This document shows positions 55,096 through 64,000 of a stretch of 64,000 nucleotides of DNA, piece after piece. Position 1 is the first letter of the stretch. Each line of letters begins with the position of its first letter. A program made the translations under genes and the position numbers. The notes beneath the pieces were generated by a model. That model saw nothing but the letters and a program-made list of their open reading frames with translations, made no database searches and was not told the DNA's origin. The stretch is from an uncultured Thermoleophilia bacterium (GTDB lineage: Bacteria; Actinomycetota; Thermoleophilia; UBA2241): contig CAVQSP010000014.1 in the NCBI GenBank assembly GCA_963715985.1, forward strand, positions 448,001 to 512,000, in the 5' to 3' direction.

Positions 55096-56073
55096 GTGGA
55101 CCTGGAGAGCGTAGGCAAGATCGCCGTCGTCGGGGCCGGGACGATGGGACCGGGCCTGGCGCAGGTGTTCGCCGGCGCGGGGCACCCCGTGACGCTGTAC
55201 TCGCGCTCCGGCGAGACCCTGGAGAAGGCCCTCAGCATCACGGCCGTCAATCTGGAGACCTTCGTCCGCAACGGCTTGCTGCAGGCTGAGGACGTCGCGC
55301 CGATCCTCGCGCGCATCACGCCGACCCGGTCGCTCGCCGAGGCCGGCCGGGACGCGAGCCTGGTCATCGAGACCATCGCCGAGAACGTGGAGGCCAAACG
55401 GGCCGCCTTCGCCGAGCTCGACGATGCGTGTCCCTCGGACGCCGTGTTCACGAGCAACACCTCCTACCTGGACATCTACGGGCTCGTCCCGGAGCGGCGC
55501 CTGCCCGCCACGGTCATCGCGCACTGGTTCGCGCCGCCGCAGATCATCCCGCTCGTAGAGGTGGTCAAGGGCCCGCACACGAGCCAGGACACGGTGGACC
55601 TCGTGGTCGCGCTGCTCAAGCGGGTCGACAGGGTGCCCGTGGTGATGGAGAAGTTCGTGCCCGGCTTCTGCGTCAACCGCCTGCTGCGCATCATCGGCCG
55701 CGAGGTCTTCTTCCTCCTCGACAACGGCTACATGACCGCCGAGCAGCTCGACCTGGCGGTCAAGGCCAGCATCGTGCCGCGGGCCATGGTCCTGGGGTTC
55801 GTGCAGCGCTACGACTTCACCGGGCTCGACCTGAGCCTGAACAACCTCAAGAACACCGCGTTCCTCGAGCCGCCGCTGGACAACTCTCCGCGCAGTCTCG
55901 TTGAGCGCGTGGAGAAGGGCGAGTTGGGCGCCAAGTCCGGCAGGGGGTTCTTCGACTACAGCGACCGCGACCCGGGGGACGTGCTCAGAGAGCGCGACGA
56001 CGCACTGCTCCGGGTGTTCGGCTCCGTCAGAGACCTCATGGACGAGCACATCGGAGACGTGAGAACACCATGA
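55096..56073 (+). CDS. 3-hydroxyacyl-CoA dehydrogenase family protein
   Basis: GAGTMG, E.I.E....K, SNTS, HWFAPP...PLVE, PGF..NRL, GAKSGRGFFDY. Confidence 0.9.
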   Translation: MDLESVGKIAVVGAGTMGPGLAQVFAGAGHPVTLYSRSGETLEKALSITAVNLETFVRNGLLQAEDVAPILARITPTRSLAEAGRDASLVIETIAENVEAKRAAFAELDDACPSDAVFTSNTSYLDIYGLVPERRLPATVIAHWFAPPQIIPLVEVVKGPHTSQDTVDLVVALLKRVDRVPVVMEKFVPGFCVNRLLRIIGREVFFLLDNGYMTAEQLDLAVKASIVPRAMVLGFVQRYDFTGLDLSLNNLKNTAFLEPPLDNSPRSLVERVEKGELGAKSGRGFFDYSDRDPGDVLRERDDALLRVFGSVRDLMDEHIGDVRTP

Positions 56074-56924
56074 AGCTTCCACACGGCAAGGTCATCATCA
56101 CGGCGTCGCTCAACGGCGCCTTCGTGACCAAGGACATGAACCCCAGCGTGCCCGAACAGCCGGACGAGATCGCCCAGGCGGCCTTGGAGTGCTACAACGC
56201 CGGCGCGGCCATCGTGCACATCCACGCCCGCGACGAAGAGGGCAGGCCTCACGGCACGAAGGAGAAGTTCGAGGAGATCCTCGCCGCCGTCAGAGGCAAG
56301 ACCCGCGACGTCGTCGTGCAGTTCTCCACCGGCGGCGGCACCAACCTCACGATCGAGGAGCGCGTGTCGTGCCTCGACGCCGACCCCGAGATGGCCTCAC
56401 TCAACATGGGTACGCTCATGCGCCAGACGGGTCCCAACGCCGGCGAGCCGTTCGCCAATCTCACCAAAGACATCGAGGCCTGGGCGGCCAAGATGCAGGA
56501 GATGGAGATCAAGCCCGAGATGGAGTGCTACTCGCAGAGCATGTACCGGGACGTAAGCAACCTCATCAGCAAGGGGCTCATCGAGAAGCCGTACTACGTG
56601 AACTTCGTGCTCGGGATGATGCACCAGGGCGCCATCGAAGCGACGCCGGAGACGCTGGTCTCGATGTACCAGTTCCTGCCGCAGGACTGCTACTTCAACA
56701 CCACCGCCACCGGCGCCGCGCAGCTGCCGCTCACCACCATGGCCATGATCATGGGCGGGTCGGCGCGCGTGGGCCTGGAGGACAACATCTACTTCCGCAG
56801 GGGTGAGCTCGTGAAGAGCAACGCCCAGTTGGTCGAACGCACCGTACGCATCGCCAGGGAGCTCAACCTGCAGCCCGCGACGCCGGACGAGGCCAGGGCC
56901 ATCCTCGGCGTCGTCAAGAAATGA
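56070..56924 (+). CDS. Beta-keto acid cleavage enzyme (BKACE, DUF849/Kce family)
   Basis: IITASLNG, AGAAIVHIHAR, STGG, KPEME, RVGLEDN. Confidence 0.92.
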   Translation: MKLPHGKVIITASLNGAFVTKDMNPSVPEQPDEIAQAALECYNAGAAIVHIHARDEEGRPHGTKEKFEEILAAVRGKTRDVVVQFSTGGGTNLTIEERVSCLDADPEMASLNMGTLMRQTGPNAGEPFANLTKDIEAWAAKMQEMEIKPEMECYSQSMYRDVSNLISKGLIEKPYYVNFVLGMMHQGAIEATPETLVSMYQFLPQDCYFNTTATGAAQLPLTTMAMIMGGSARVGLEDNIYFRRGELVKSNAQLVERTVRIARELNLQPATPDEARAILGVVKK

Positions 56925-56947
56925 CGCACACGAAAGGGACACAGCCG

Positions 56948-57718
56948 ATGGATGACCTCTTCTCACTCAAGGGCAAGAACGCCGTCGTCCTCGGGGCCGG
57001 CGGCATGGGCACGGCGATCGCTGCCGGCCTGCTCCGCTACGGCGCCAGGCTGGAGCTCGCCGACGGCAGCGCGGCCGCGCTCGAACGTTCCACGGCGCAG
57101 CTCGCCAAAGCAGGCCATACGTCGGTGGGCACGCACGAGGTGGACGCCACCGACGAGAGCAGCGTGCAGGGTCTCGTCGACGCGGCCGTGGCCGGCATGG
57201 GCAGAGTGGACATCCTCGTCAACGCCCTCGGCTACAACTTCAAGGCGCACGCCACCGAGTTCCCCATGGACGAGTGGGACCGGCTCTTCAGCGTCAACGT
57301 CAAGGCCGTGATGCTGGCCTGCAAGCTGTTCGGCGCGCACATGATCGAGCAGGGCGGCGGCACCATCATCAACCTCTCCTCGGTGCGCGACGATCGCGGC
57401 GCGCTCGGAGGCAACGCCGGCTACTGCGCCACCAAGGGCGCCGTGAAGATGATCACCAAGCAGCTGGGCGTCGAGCTGGCGCCGTACAACGTCAAAGTGA
57501 ACGCGCTCGGGCCGATCATCACCGTGACCCCCATGACCGCCGAGCGCATCAAGCAGGACTCGTCGCGGTACGAGCGCATGCTGCTCAACGTGCCGATGGG
57601 GCGCATGGCCAACGTGGAGGACCTGGTGGGCCCGGCCGTGTTCCTGGCCTCGGCCGCCTCGGACTTCATCACCGGCACCGTCCTGTACGTGGACGGCGGC
57701 ATGATGGCCTATGCGTGA
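56948..57718 (+). CDS. Short-chain dehydrogenase/reductase
   Basis: GAGGMG, DILVN, YCATKG (YxxxK), VDGG. Confidence 0.9.
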   Translation: MDDLFSLKGKNAVVLGAGGMGTAIAAGLLRYGARLELADGSAAALERSTAQLAKAGHTSVGTHEVDATDESSVQGLVDAAVAGMGRVDILVNALGYNFKAHATEFPMDEWDRLFSVNVKAVMLACKLFGAHMIEQGGGTIINLSSVRDDRGALGGNAGYCATKGAVKMITKQLGVELAPYNVKVNALGPIITVTPMTAERIKQDSSRYERMLLNVPMGRMANVEDLVGPAVFLASAASDFITGTVLYVDGGMMAYA

Positions 57719-57749
57719 AAAGTAGCAGGGGGCGGAAGGCGCACCTGCC

Positions 57750-58940
57750 GATGCGTCGTCATCGTCTCTGCGGTCCGCACCGCTCTCGGGCCGCGTCGGC
57801 GGGGCGCTGAAGGACGTGCAGCCCGAGGAGCTCGGGCGAGTCGTCCTCTCGGCCGCGGTGGAGCGCGCAGGCGTGGAGCCGGCCGAGGTGGACGAAGTCA
57901 TCATCGGCCAGACCAAGCAGAGCGCGGACGCCGCCAACCTGGCGCGCGTGGCCGCGCTCAAGGCCGGCTTCCCCGTCGAGGTGCCGGCCTACACGGTGAT
58001 GCGCCAGTGCGGGTCCGGGATGCAGGCGGTGAGCAACGCCGTGCAGGCCATCTGGTGCGGCGAGGCCGAGATCGTGGTGGCCGGTGGCGTGGAGAGCATG
58101 AGCCTCGCGCCGTACTACCTGCGCGGCGCCCGCTTCGGCTTCACCTCGGGCAACGCCGTGGTCGTCGACTCCAACACCGAGAGCCAGCCGCGCTCGCAGC
58201 CGTACGAAGTGTACGGTGACCTCACCATGGGGCTCACGGCCGAGAACCTGGCCGAGAAGTACCACATCGCGCGCGAGGAGCAGGACGGGTTCGCGCTGCG
58301 CAGCCAGGAGCGCGCCTTCGCGGCCATCGAGAGCGGTCGCTTCGCGGACGAGATCGTGCCCGTGGAGGTCCCGGCGCGCAAGGGCCCCCCGCAGGTGTTC
58401 GACACCGACGAGCACCCGCGCCGCACCAGTCTGGAGGCCCTCGCCAAGCTCGGGCCGGTGTTCAAGGACGGCGGCAGCGTCACCGCCGGCAACTCCTCCG
58501 GCCGCAACGACGGCGGCGCCTGCCTCGTGCTGATGTCCGCGGAGACCGCGCGGGAGAGGGGCGTCGAGCCGCTCGCCACCGTGCGCTCGCAGGCCGTGGC
58601 CGCCGTGGACCCGCGCATCATGGGCATCGGGCCGGCCCCGGCAACGCGCAAGGCGTTGCAGAAGGCCGGCCTGGACCTCGCCGACATCGGCCTCATCGAG
58701 CTCAACGAGGCCTTCGCGGCCCAGAGCCTGGCCGTCGTCAAGGAGCTGGGCCTGGACCAGGACATCGTCAACGTCAACGGCGGCGCCATCGCCCTGGGGC
58801 ACCCCCTGGGCTGCTCCGGCGCCCGCATCCTCACCACCCTGCTCCACGAGATGCGCAAGCGAGGTACCCGCTACGGGCTCGCAAGCATCTGCATCGCCGG
58901 CGGCCAGGGCATGGCCACGATCGTGGAGGCTGCCGGCTAG
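57750..58940 (+). CDS. Acetyl-CoA C-acyltransferase (classical thiolase); 5' end frameshifted, start approximate
   Basis: VIVSAVRT, QCGSG, NEAFA, GGAIALGHPLG, CIAGGQG. Confidence 0.92.
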   Translation, partial: DASSSSLRSAPLSGRVGGALKDVQPEELGRVVLSAAVERAGVEPAEVDEVIIGQTKQSADAANLARVAALKAGFPVEVPAYTVMRQCGSGMQAVSNAVQAIWCGEAEIVVAGGVESMSLAPYYLRGARFGFTSGNAVVVDSNTESQPRSQPYEVYGDLTMGLTAENLAEKYHIAREEQDGFALRSQERAFAAIESGRFADEIVPVEVPARKGPPQVFDTDEHPRRTSLEALAKLGPVFKDGGSVTAGNSSGRNDGGACLVLMSAETARERGVEPLATVRSQAVAAVDPRIMGIGPAPATRKALQKAGLDLADIGLIELNEAFAAQSLAVVKELGLDQDIVNVNGGAIALGHPLGCSGARILTTLLHEMRKRGTRYGLASICIAGGQGMATIVEAAG

Positions 58941-58985
58941 CGCGCGCCCAGCGCCGCCGACTCCACCGTCCGCAAGGAGAGAGCT

Positions 58986-59792
58986 ATGACAGGAATCGTC
59001 AAAGACCCCTACTCCGGGCTCGAGCTCATCGAGCTCAGCCACGTGTGGGGGCACGGGGTCCCGTCCGAGCCGGGCCAGCTTGACGTCCGCATGCAGCGCG
59101 CCGTGAAGCACGCCCAGCACGGCGTGCTCGCCTGGCGCGTCATCACCAGCCTGCACACGGGCACCCACATGAACGCCCCCATCCACATGGTCCAGCGCGG
59201 CGACGATCTGGCCGCCGTCTCCCCGGACCGCCTCTTCGGCAACGCCGCCGTGCTCGACATCCCCAAGCAGAGCTGGGAGGTCATCACGGCCGCCGACCTC
59301 GAGGCTGCCACTCCGGCCGTGCAGGACGGCGACATCGTCGTCATCGTCACCGGCTGGCACCACAAGTACTCCGACGGCCTCGAGTACTTCGGGGAGGCGC
59401 CCGGCCTGACCAAGGACGCCGCCGAGTGGCTCGTCAAGAAGGACCCGAAGTTCGTGGCCGTCGACACGCCGTTCATCGACGTCCCGCTCGCCACCTCGAT
59501 GGGCCCGCATCGCGGCGGTCCGCAGATGAAGCGCCTCGCCCTCGAGTACGCGGCGGCGACCGGCAGGGACGCCAAGAAGGACTTCCCGGAGTGGTTCCCC
59601 GCGCACAAGACCCTCGCCGCCGCGGGCATCCCGACGGTCGAGCAGGTCGGCGGCGACGTGGACCTCGTCAAGGGCAAGCGCGCCACCATCGCCGCGACCC
59701 CCTGGAAGTTCGAGCACGGGGACGCCTGTCCGGTCCGCATGATCGCCATGCTCGACCCGTCCGGCAAGCTGCGCATCGACGCCGGCAACTGA
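58986..59792 (+). CDS. Cyclase (kynurenine formamidase/isatin hydrolase fold) family protein 1
   Basis: LSH, HTGTHMNAP, GDIVVIVTGW, PGL, C.VR. Confidence 0.85.
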   Translation: MTGIVKDPYSGLELIELSHVWGHGVPSEPGQLDVRMQRAVKHAQHGVLAWRVITSLHTGTHMNAPIHMVQRGDDLAAVSPDRLFGNAAVLDIPKQSWEVITAADLEAATPAVQDGDIVVIVTGWHHKYSDGLEYFGEAPGLTKDAAEWLVKKDPKFVAVDTPFIDVPLATSMGPHRGGPQMKRLALEYAAATGRDAKKDFPEWFPAHKTLAAAGIPTVEQVGGDVDLVKGKRATIAATPWKFEHGDACPVRMIAMLDPSGKLRIDAGN

Positions 59793-59821
59793 CGACCAGC
59801 GGACGAGAAGGGACACCGGAC

Positions 59822-60603
59822 ATGACTGTCAAGGTCTACAACCTGAGCCACACGTTCACGCAGTTCATCCCGGAGTGGCCGTCCACTCCGAGCGTGAACG
59901 TCAAGGTGAGCAAGTTCCATGCCAAGGACGGCATCTACGAGGTGGAGTGGGAAGGCATCATGCACCGCTGCACGCACATGGACGCGCCGCTCCACGTCAC
60001 CGAGAACACGCCGAGCATCGCCGACTACCCGCTCTGGCGGCTGGTCGGCACCGGCGTCTGCGTCGACATCCCCAAGGGCAAGTGGGGAGTCATCACCCCT
60101 GAGGACCTCGAGAGGCGACGCCCAAGATCGAAGAGGGCGACATCGTCATGATCAACACGGGCTTCCATCGCCTGTGGGGCGACACCGACGAGTACTTCGC
60201 CTACGGCTGCGGCATGGGGGCCGAGGGCGCCCAGTGGCTCGTCGACAAGAAGGTCAAGATGGTGGGCTACGGTCACCAGGCCAACGACCATCCCATCGCC
60301 ACCAAGCTCGTCGACCACGGCCTCGGCCCGACACAGCCGCACCTCATCGACGAGTACAAGGAGTTCACCGGCCGCGACGCCAAGGCGGACTTCCCGAGCT
60401 GGGAGCCGGCGCACAAGATCCTCATGTGCCAGGGCGGCATCCCCGGCATCGAGAACGTGGGCGGCGACCTCGACGAGGTCACCGGCAAGCGCTGCACGTT
60501 CATGGCTCTGCCGTGGCGCTGGCCGGGCGGCGACGGTTGCATGGTCCGCATTCTCGCGGTCATCGACCCGGACCAGACCTTCCGCTTCGAGACGGGGCAG
60601 TGA
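59822..60603 (+). CDS. Cyclase family protein 2 (frameshift near 60113)
   Basis: LSH, HRCTHMDAP, GDIVMINTG, H..L, IENVGG, GDGC.VR. Confidence 0.85.
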
Positions 60604-60604
60604 C

Positions 60605-61816
60605 ATGAGCGACATCCTCGAGGGCGTCAAGATCATCGAGATGGGCCACGTGGTGGCGGTCCCCGCGGCCTCCTCGATGATGGGCGACTGCGGCGCCGAG
60701 GTCATCAAGATCGAGCCGCTCACCGGCGACCAGTCGCGCACGTTCCGCGGCACCGACATCAACCCCGGCTTCTACCTGCACAACCGCAGCAAGAAGAGCA
60801 TCGCCATCGACCTGCGCCAGCAGGCCGGCAAGGAGATCGTCTACAAGATGGTCGGCGACCACGACGTCTTCCTGACCAACTACCAGGCCGGCTCCCTGGG
60901 GCGGCTTGGGCTCGACTACGAGACGCTGTGCGGCTACAAGCCGGACCTCATCTACGGCCTCGTCTCGGCCTACGGCACCGTGGGCCCCGACAAGGACATG
61001 GCCGGGTACGACTTCGCCGCCGGCTGGGCACGGTCCGGCATCCAGGACATGCTCAGCGTGCCCGGCACGCCGCCGCCGGCCTCCCGGCCGGGCATCATCG
61101 ACCGCGTCTCGTCCATGCAGATCTTCGGCGGCATGTGCGCGGCGCTGTACCACCGCGAGCACACCGGCGAGGGCCAGAAGGTCGAGTTCAACCTCTACCA
61201 CACCGGCGTGTGGATGGTCGGCGCCGACATCATGGACGCGCTCATGGGGCTGCCGCTGCGGCGCGTGGACCCGGCCAAGTCGGACAACCCGTTCTACGAC
61301 GTCTACCAGTGCAAGGACGGCCGCTGGCTGCAGCTCACCGCCGCCGACCGCTACGCCAAGGCGCACGACCCGGCCGGGGCCAAGTTCTGGCAGTCGTTCT
61401 GCCGCGCCCTCGACCGCCCCGACCTCGCCGAGGATCCGCGCTTCGCCACCACGGACATGCGCCAGCAGCACCGCGACGTCCTGGCGCCGATGCTCAACGA
61501 GGCCTTCCTCGGCCACACCTACGCCGAGTGGGAGGAGCGTCTGCGCGCCGAGAACCTCATGTACGGCCCCATCCTCTCGCCGGAGCAGGTCATCGAGGAC
61601 CCGCAGGCGCTGGCCAACGACTTCTTCACCGAGGTCGACCAGCCCGGCGTGGGTACCTTCCGCACGATCAACTCGCCGTACAAGTTCGTGCAGAACCCCG
61701 CTTACGTCCATTCGCTGACGCCGGGGCTCGGGGAGCAGACCGACGAGATCCTCAGCGCTCTCGGCTACCGCGATGGAGACGTCGCCCAGCTACGCGAGGC
61801 CAAGGTAATCCTGTAG
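60605..61816 (+). CDS. Class III CoA-transferase (CaiB/BaiF family)
   Basis: GAEVIKIEP..GD, NRSKKS..IDL, YG..GP, GYD, catalytic-position Asp in GIIDR, PGLGE.T. Confidence 0.92.
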   Translation: MSDILEGVKIIEMGHVVAVPAASSMMGDCGAEVIKIEPLTGDQSRTFRGTDINPGFYLHNRSKKSIAIDLRQQAGKEIVYKMVGDHDVFLTNYQAGSLGRLGLDYETLCGYKPDLIYGLVSAYGTVGPDKDMAGYDFAAGWARSGIQDMLSVPGTPPPASRPGIIDRVSSMQIFGGMCAALYHREHTGEGQKVEFNLYHTGVWMVGADIMDALMGLPLRRVDPAKSDNPFYDVYQCKDGRWLQLTAADRYAKAHDPAGAKFWQSFCRALDRPDLAEDPRFATTDMRQQHRDVLAPMLNEAFLGHTYAEWEERLRAENLMYGPILSPEQVIEDPQALANDFFTEVDQPGVGTFRTINSPYKFVQNPAYVHSLTPGLGEQTDEILSALGYRDGDVAQLREAKVIL

Positions 61817-61821
61817 GAGGG

Positions 61822-62262
61822 ATGAAGATGACGGAAGCACCGAGGGTGCTGCTCGGCGACGGGTTGTTCACCCCCACGGAGCCCGGAGTAGACGGGCAGA
61901 TCATCGCCACGCACTGCAAGAGCTGCGGCGACTACTTCTTCCCGCGCAGCTTCACCTGCCACAATCCGGAGTGTGTGGAGCGGGACGTCGAGGACGTGGC
62001 GCTCAGCGGCACCGGCGTCGTCGACACCTACTCCGACATGAGCTACCCGCCGCCGCCGCCCTACGTGGTGAAGAAGGAGGACTGGGTGCCGACCCCGGTC
62101 GTCTCGGTCAGGATGCCCGAGGGCATCCACATCATCGGCATGATGGATGACTGCACGCCTGAGGACGTCTCCATCGGCATGGAGGTCCAGACCGTCATCC
62201 GCGTGCTGTACACCAACAAGGACGGCGAAGAGCTCGTCGGCTGGAAGTTCAGGAGGGTGTGA
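61822..62262 (+). CDS. Zn-ribbon/OB-fold DUF35 protein
   Basis: CKSCG..FFP....C.NP.C, OB-fold IGMEV; overlaps the downstream thiolase. Confidence 0.88.
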   Translation: MKMTEAPRVLLGDGLFTPTEPGVDGQIIATHCKSCGDYFFPRSFTCHNPECVERDVEDVALSGTGVVDTYSDMSYPPPPPYVVKKEDWVPTPVVSVRMPEGIHIIGMMDDCTPEDVSIGMEVQTVIRVLYTNKDGEELVGWKFRRV

Positions 62263-62264
62263 CC

Positions 62265-63452
62265 ATGGACGACATCGCCATCATCGGGGTCGGCCTGCAC
62301 CCGTGGGGCAAGTTCCCCGAGAAGTTCTGGACCAACATGGCGTCGGACGCCATCAACGACGCGCTCAAGGACGCCGGTATCACCTGGAAGGACATCCAGA
62401 TCGTCGTCTCCGGCTCCCAGAACTGGGGCGGCCGCAAGGGCATCTACGCCGGCTCGTACATCGATGAGGTCATGGGCTATACCGGCGTGCCCACCATGAA
62501 CATCAACAACGCCTGCGCCACCGGCGGCACCTGCATCGCCGTGGCGGCCGCCATGGTCGCCTCCGGACAGGCGGACATCGTGCTCGCCGTGGCAGCCGAC
62601 AAGTCGGCCAAGGGCTTCTTCCCCTTCCTGCCGCCGTATCACGAGGAGCCCGTGCCGGCCGACGACACCATGCGCTGGCTGATGGGCATGCCGAACCCGA
62701 TCTACTGGGCGCTCGAGTGCCGCAAGAAGATGGACAAGTACGGCATCACCGACGAGCACCTCGCGATGGTCAAGGTGGCGACGAGCAAGCACGGGTCCAT
62801 CAACCCGGCGGCGCGCTACAAGAAGGAGTTCACGCTCGACGAGGTCCTCGCGTCGCCCATGGTGTGCACCCCGCTGCGCCTCTTCGAGATCTGCGCCACC
62901 AGCGACGGCGCCGGCGCCGTGATCCTCTGCAACGCCAAGAAGGCCAAGCAGTTCACGTCCAAGCCGGTCCACATCGTCGGCTCGGGCCTGGGCAGCCCGC
63001 TCTACGGCGACCCCACCACGCGCATCCCGGTGCTCGGCTTCCAGCCCAAGGAGGGCGTGCCGATCATCAGCGAGAGCTGGGTCGCCGCCAAAGCGGCGTT
63101 CGCCGACGCCGGCATGGGGCCGGAGGACATCGACTTCGTCGAGGTCCCGGACAACAGCTCGTGGCACTACTTCCAGTACCTCGAGACCATGGGCTTCTTC
63201 GAGGAGGGCACCGCTCACCTGGCGCTCGAGCGTGGCGAGACGATGATCGGCGGCAAGCTGCCCGTCTGCCCCAGCGGCGGCTTCTCCAGCTTCGGCGAGG
63301 CCACCATGGCGCAGGGGTTCGCGCAGGTGTACGAGATGGTGCTGCAGCTGCGCGGCCAGTGCGGCGCGCGGCAGGTGGAGGGCGCCAAGGTCGGCATGTC
63401 GGAGGTGTACGGCATGGCCGGCAACAACGCCGCCCTCATCCTGAAGAACTAG
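62265..63452 (+). CDS. SCP2-type thiolase / lipid-transfer protein
   Basis: IIGVG.HPWGK, NACATG, HG..NP.A, SDGAGA, PSGG. Confidence 0.88.
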   Translation: MDDIAIIGVGLHPWGKFPEKFWTNMASDAINDALKDAGITWKDIQIVVSGSQNWGGRKGIYAGSYIDEVMGYTGVPTMNINNACATGGTCIAVAAAMVASGQADIVLAVAADKSAKGFFPFLPPYHEEPVPADDTMRWLMGMPNPIYWALECRKKMDKYGITDEHLAMVKVATSKHGSINPAARYKKEFTLDEVLASPMVCTPLRLFEICATSDGAGAVILCNAKKAKQFTSKPVHIVGSGLGSPLYGDPTTRIPVLGFQPKEGVPIISESWVAAKAAFADAGMGPEDIDFVEVPDNSSWHYFQYLETMGFFEEGTAHLALERGETMIGGKLPVCPSGGFSSFGEATMAQGFAQVYEMVLQLRGQCGARQVEGAKVGMSEVYGMAGNNAALILKN

Positions 63453-63462
63453 CGGAGGGTCC

Positions 63463-64000
63463 ATGGAGGCCGAGTACGCGACCATCATCTACGAGAAGGC
63501 CGGCAACGCCGGCCTGGATCACGCTCAACCGGCCGGAGGTGCTGAACGCGCAGAGCGACGAGTTGCGCGCGGAAGTCACGCAGGCGCTGGAGCGCGCCAG
63601 CCTCGACGACGAGGTGTACGTCGTCGTCCTCACGGGCGCCGGCGACAAGGCGTTCAGCGCCGGCGCCGACATCAGCCAGTTCCCCTCGCGGTACCCCGTG
63701 GACGTCATCACGGCCAAGGCGCGCCGCCGCCCCTACGAGACCATCCGCGAGATGCCCAAGCCGGTCATCGCTGCCGTCAACGGCCTCGCTCTCGGCGGCG
63801 GCTGCGAGCTGGTGCTCGCCTGCGACATCGTCATCGCCGCCGAGACGGCCAAGTTCGGCCAGCCGGAGATCAGGGTCGGCGTCATCCCCGGGTGCGGCGG
63901 CACGCAGGTGCTGCCCCGCCTCATGGGGGAGAAGCGCGCCAAGGAGCTCATCTTCACCGGGCGCATGATGGAGGCGGACGAGGCGCTCAGCTACGGTATC
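63463..64000 (+). CDS. Enoyl-CoA hydratase/crotonase (frameshift near 63510; truncated by window end)
   Basis: ITLNRP..LNA, AFSAGADI, KPVIAAVNG.ALGGGCEL, FGQPE..G.IPG.GGTQ. Confidence 0.92.
   Translation, partial: MEAEYATIIYEKAGNAGLDHAQPAGGAERAERRVARGSHAGAGARQPRRRGVRRRPHGRRRQGVQRRRRHQPVPLAVPRGRHHGQGAPPPLRDHPRDAQAGHRCRQRPRSRRRLRAGARLRHRHRRRDGQVRPAGDQGRRHPRVRRHAGAAPPHGGEARQGAHLHRAHDGGGRGAQLRY

Overview
High-GC bacterial chromosomal segment with every recognisable gene on the + strand. Gene content and order suggest an Actinomycetota lineage, possibly Thermoleophilia-like and anaerobic; this is inference. Positions 1-45.4 kb are mostly housekeeping: rng-rplU-rpmA-obgE-proBA-nadD-yqeK-rsfS, LexA-boxed dinB, EF-G2, pdxST, yebC-ruvCAB, queH-queA-tgt-yajC, parA-ftsZ-scpAB-rluB-aroF-tyrA-cmk-plsC-ispH-der-plsY-gpsA, metK-priA-def-fmt-rsmB-rpe, and an FMN riboswitch ahead of the rib operon. 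Positions 45.6-64 kb are an accessory catabolic region: an Xdh-family molybdoenzyme whose FAD subunit contains a nested GltD-like module, an amine dehydrogenase, a tungsten AOR, IclR, and an operon with 3-hydroxyacyl dehydrogenase, BKACE, SDR, thiolases, two cyclases, a CoA-transferase, DUF35 and a crotonase. The top candidate for an undescribed system is a Soj-type ParA ATPase gene overlapping an ftsZ outside any dcw context, whose product carries an N-terminal ParB/Spo0J-like ParA-activating peptide. More than 20 single-base frameshifts, many in essential genes, look like sequencing or assembly errors, so some coordinates are reconstructed by eye.
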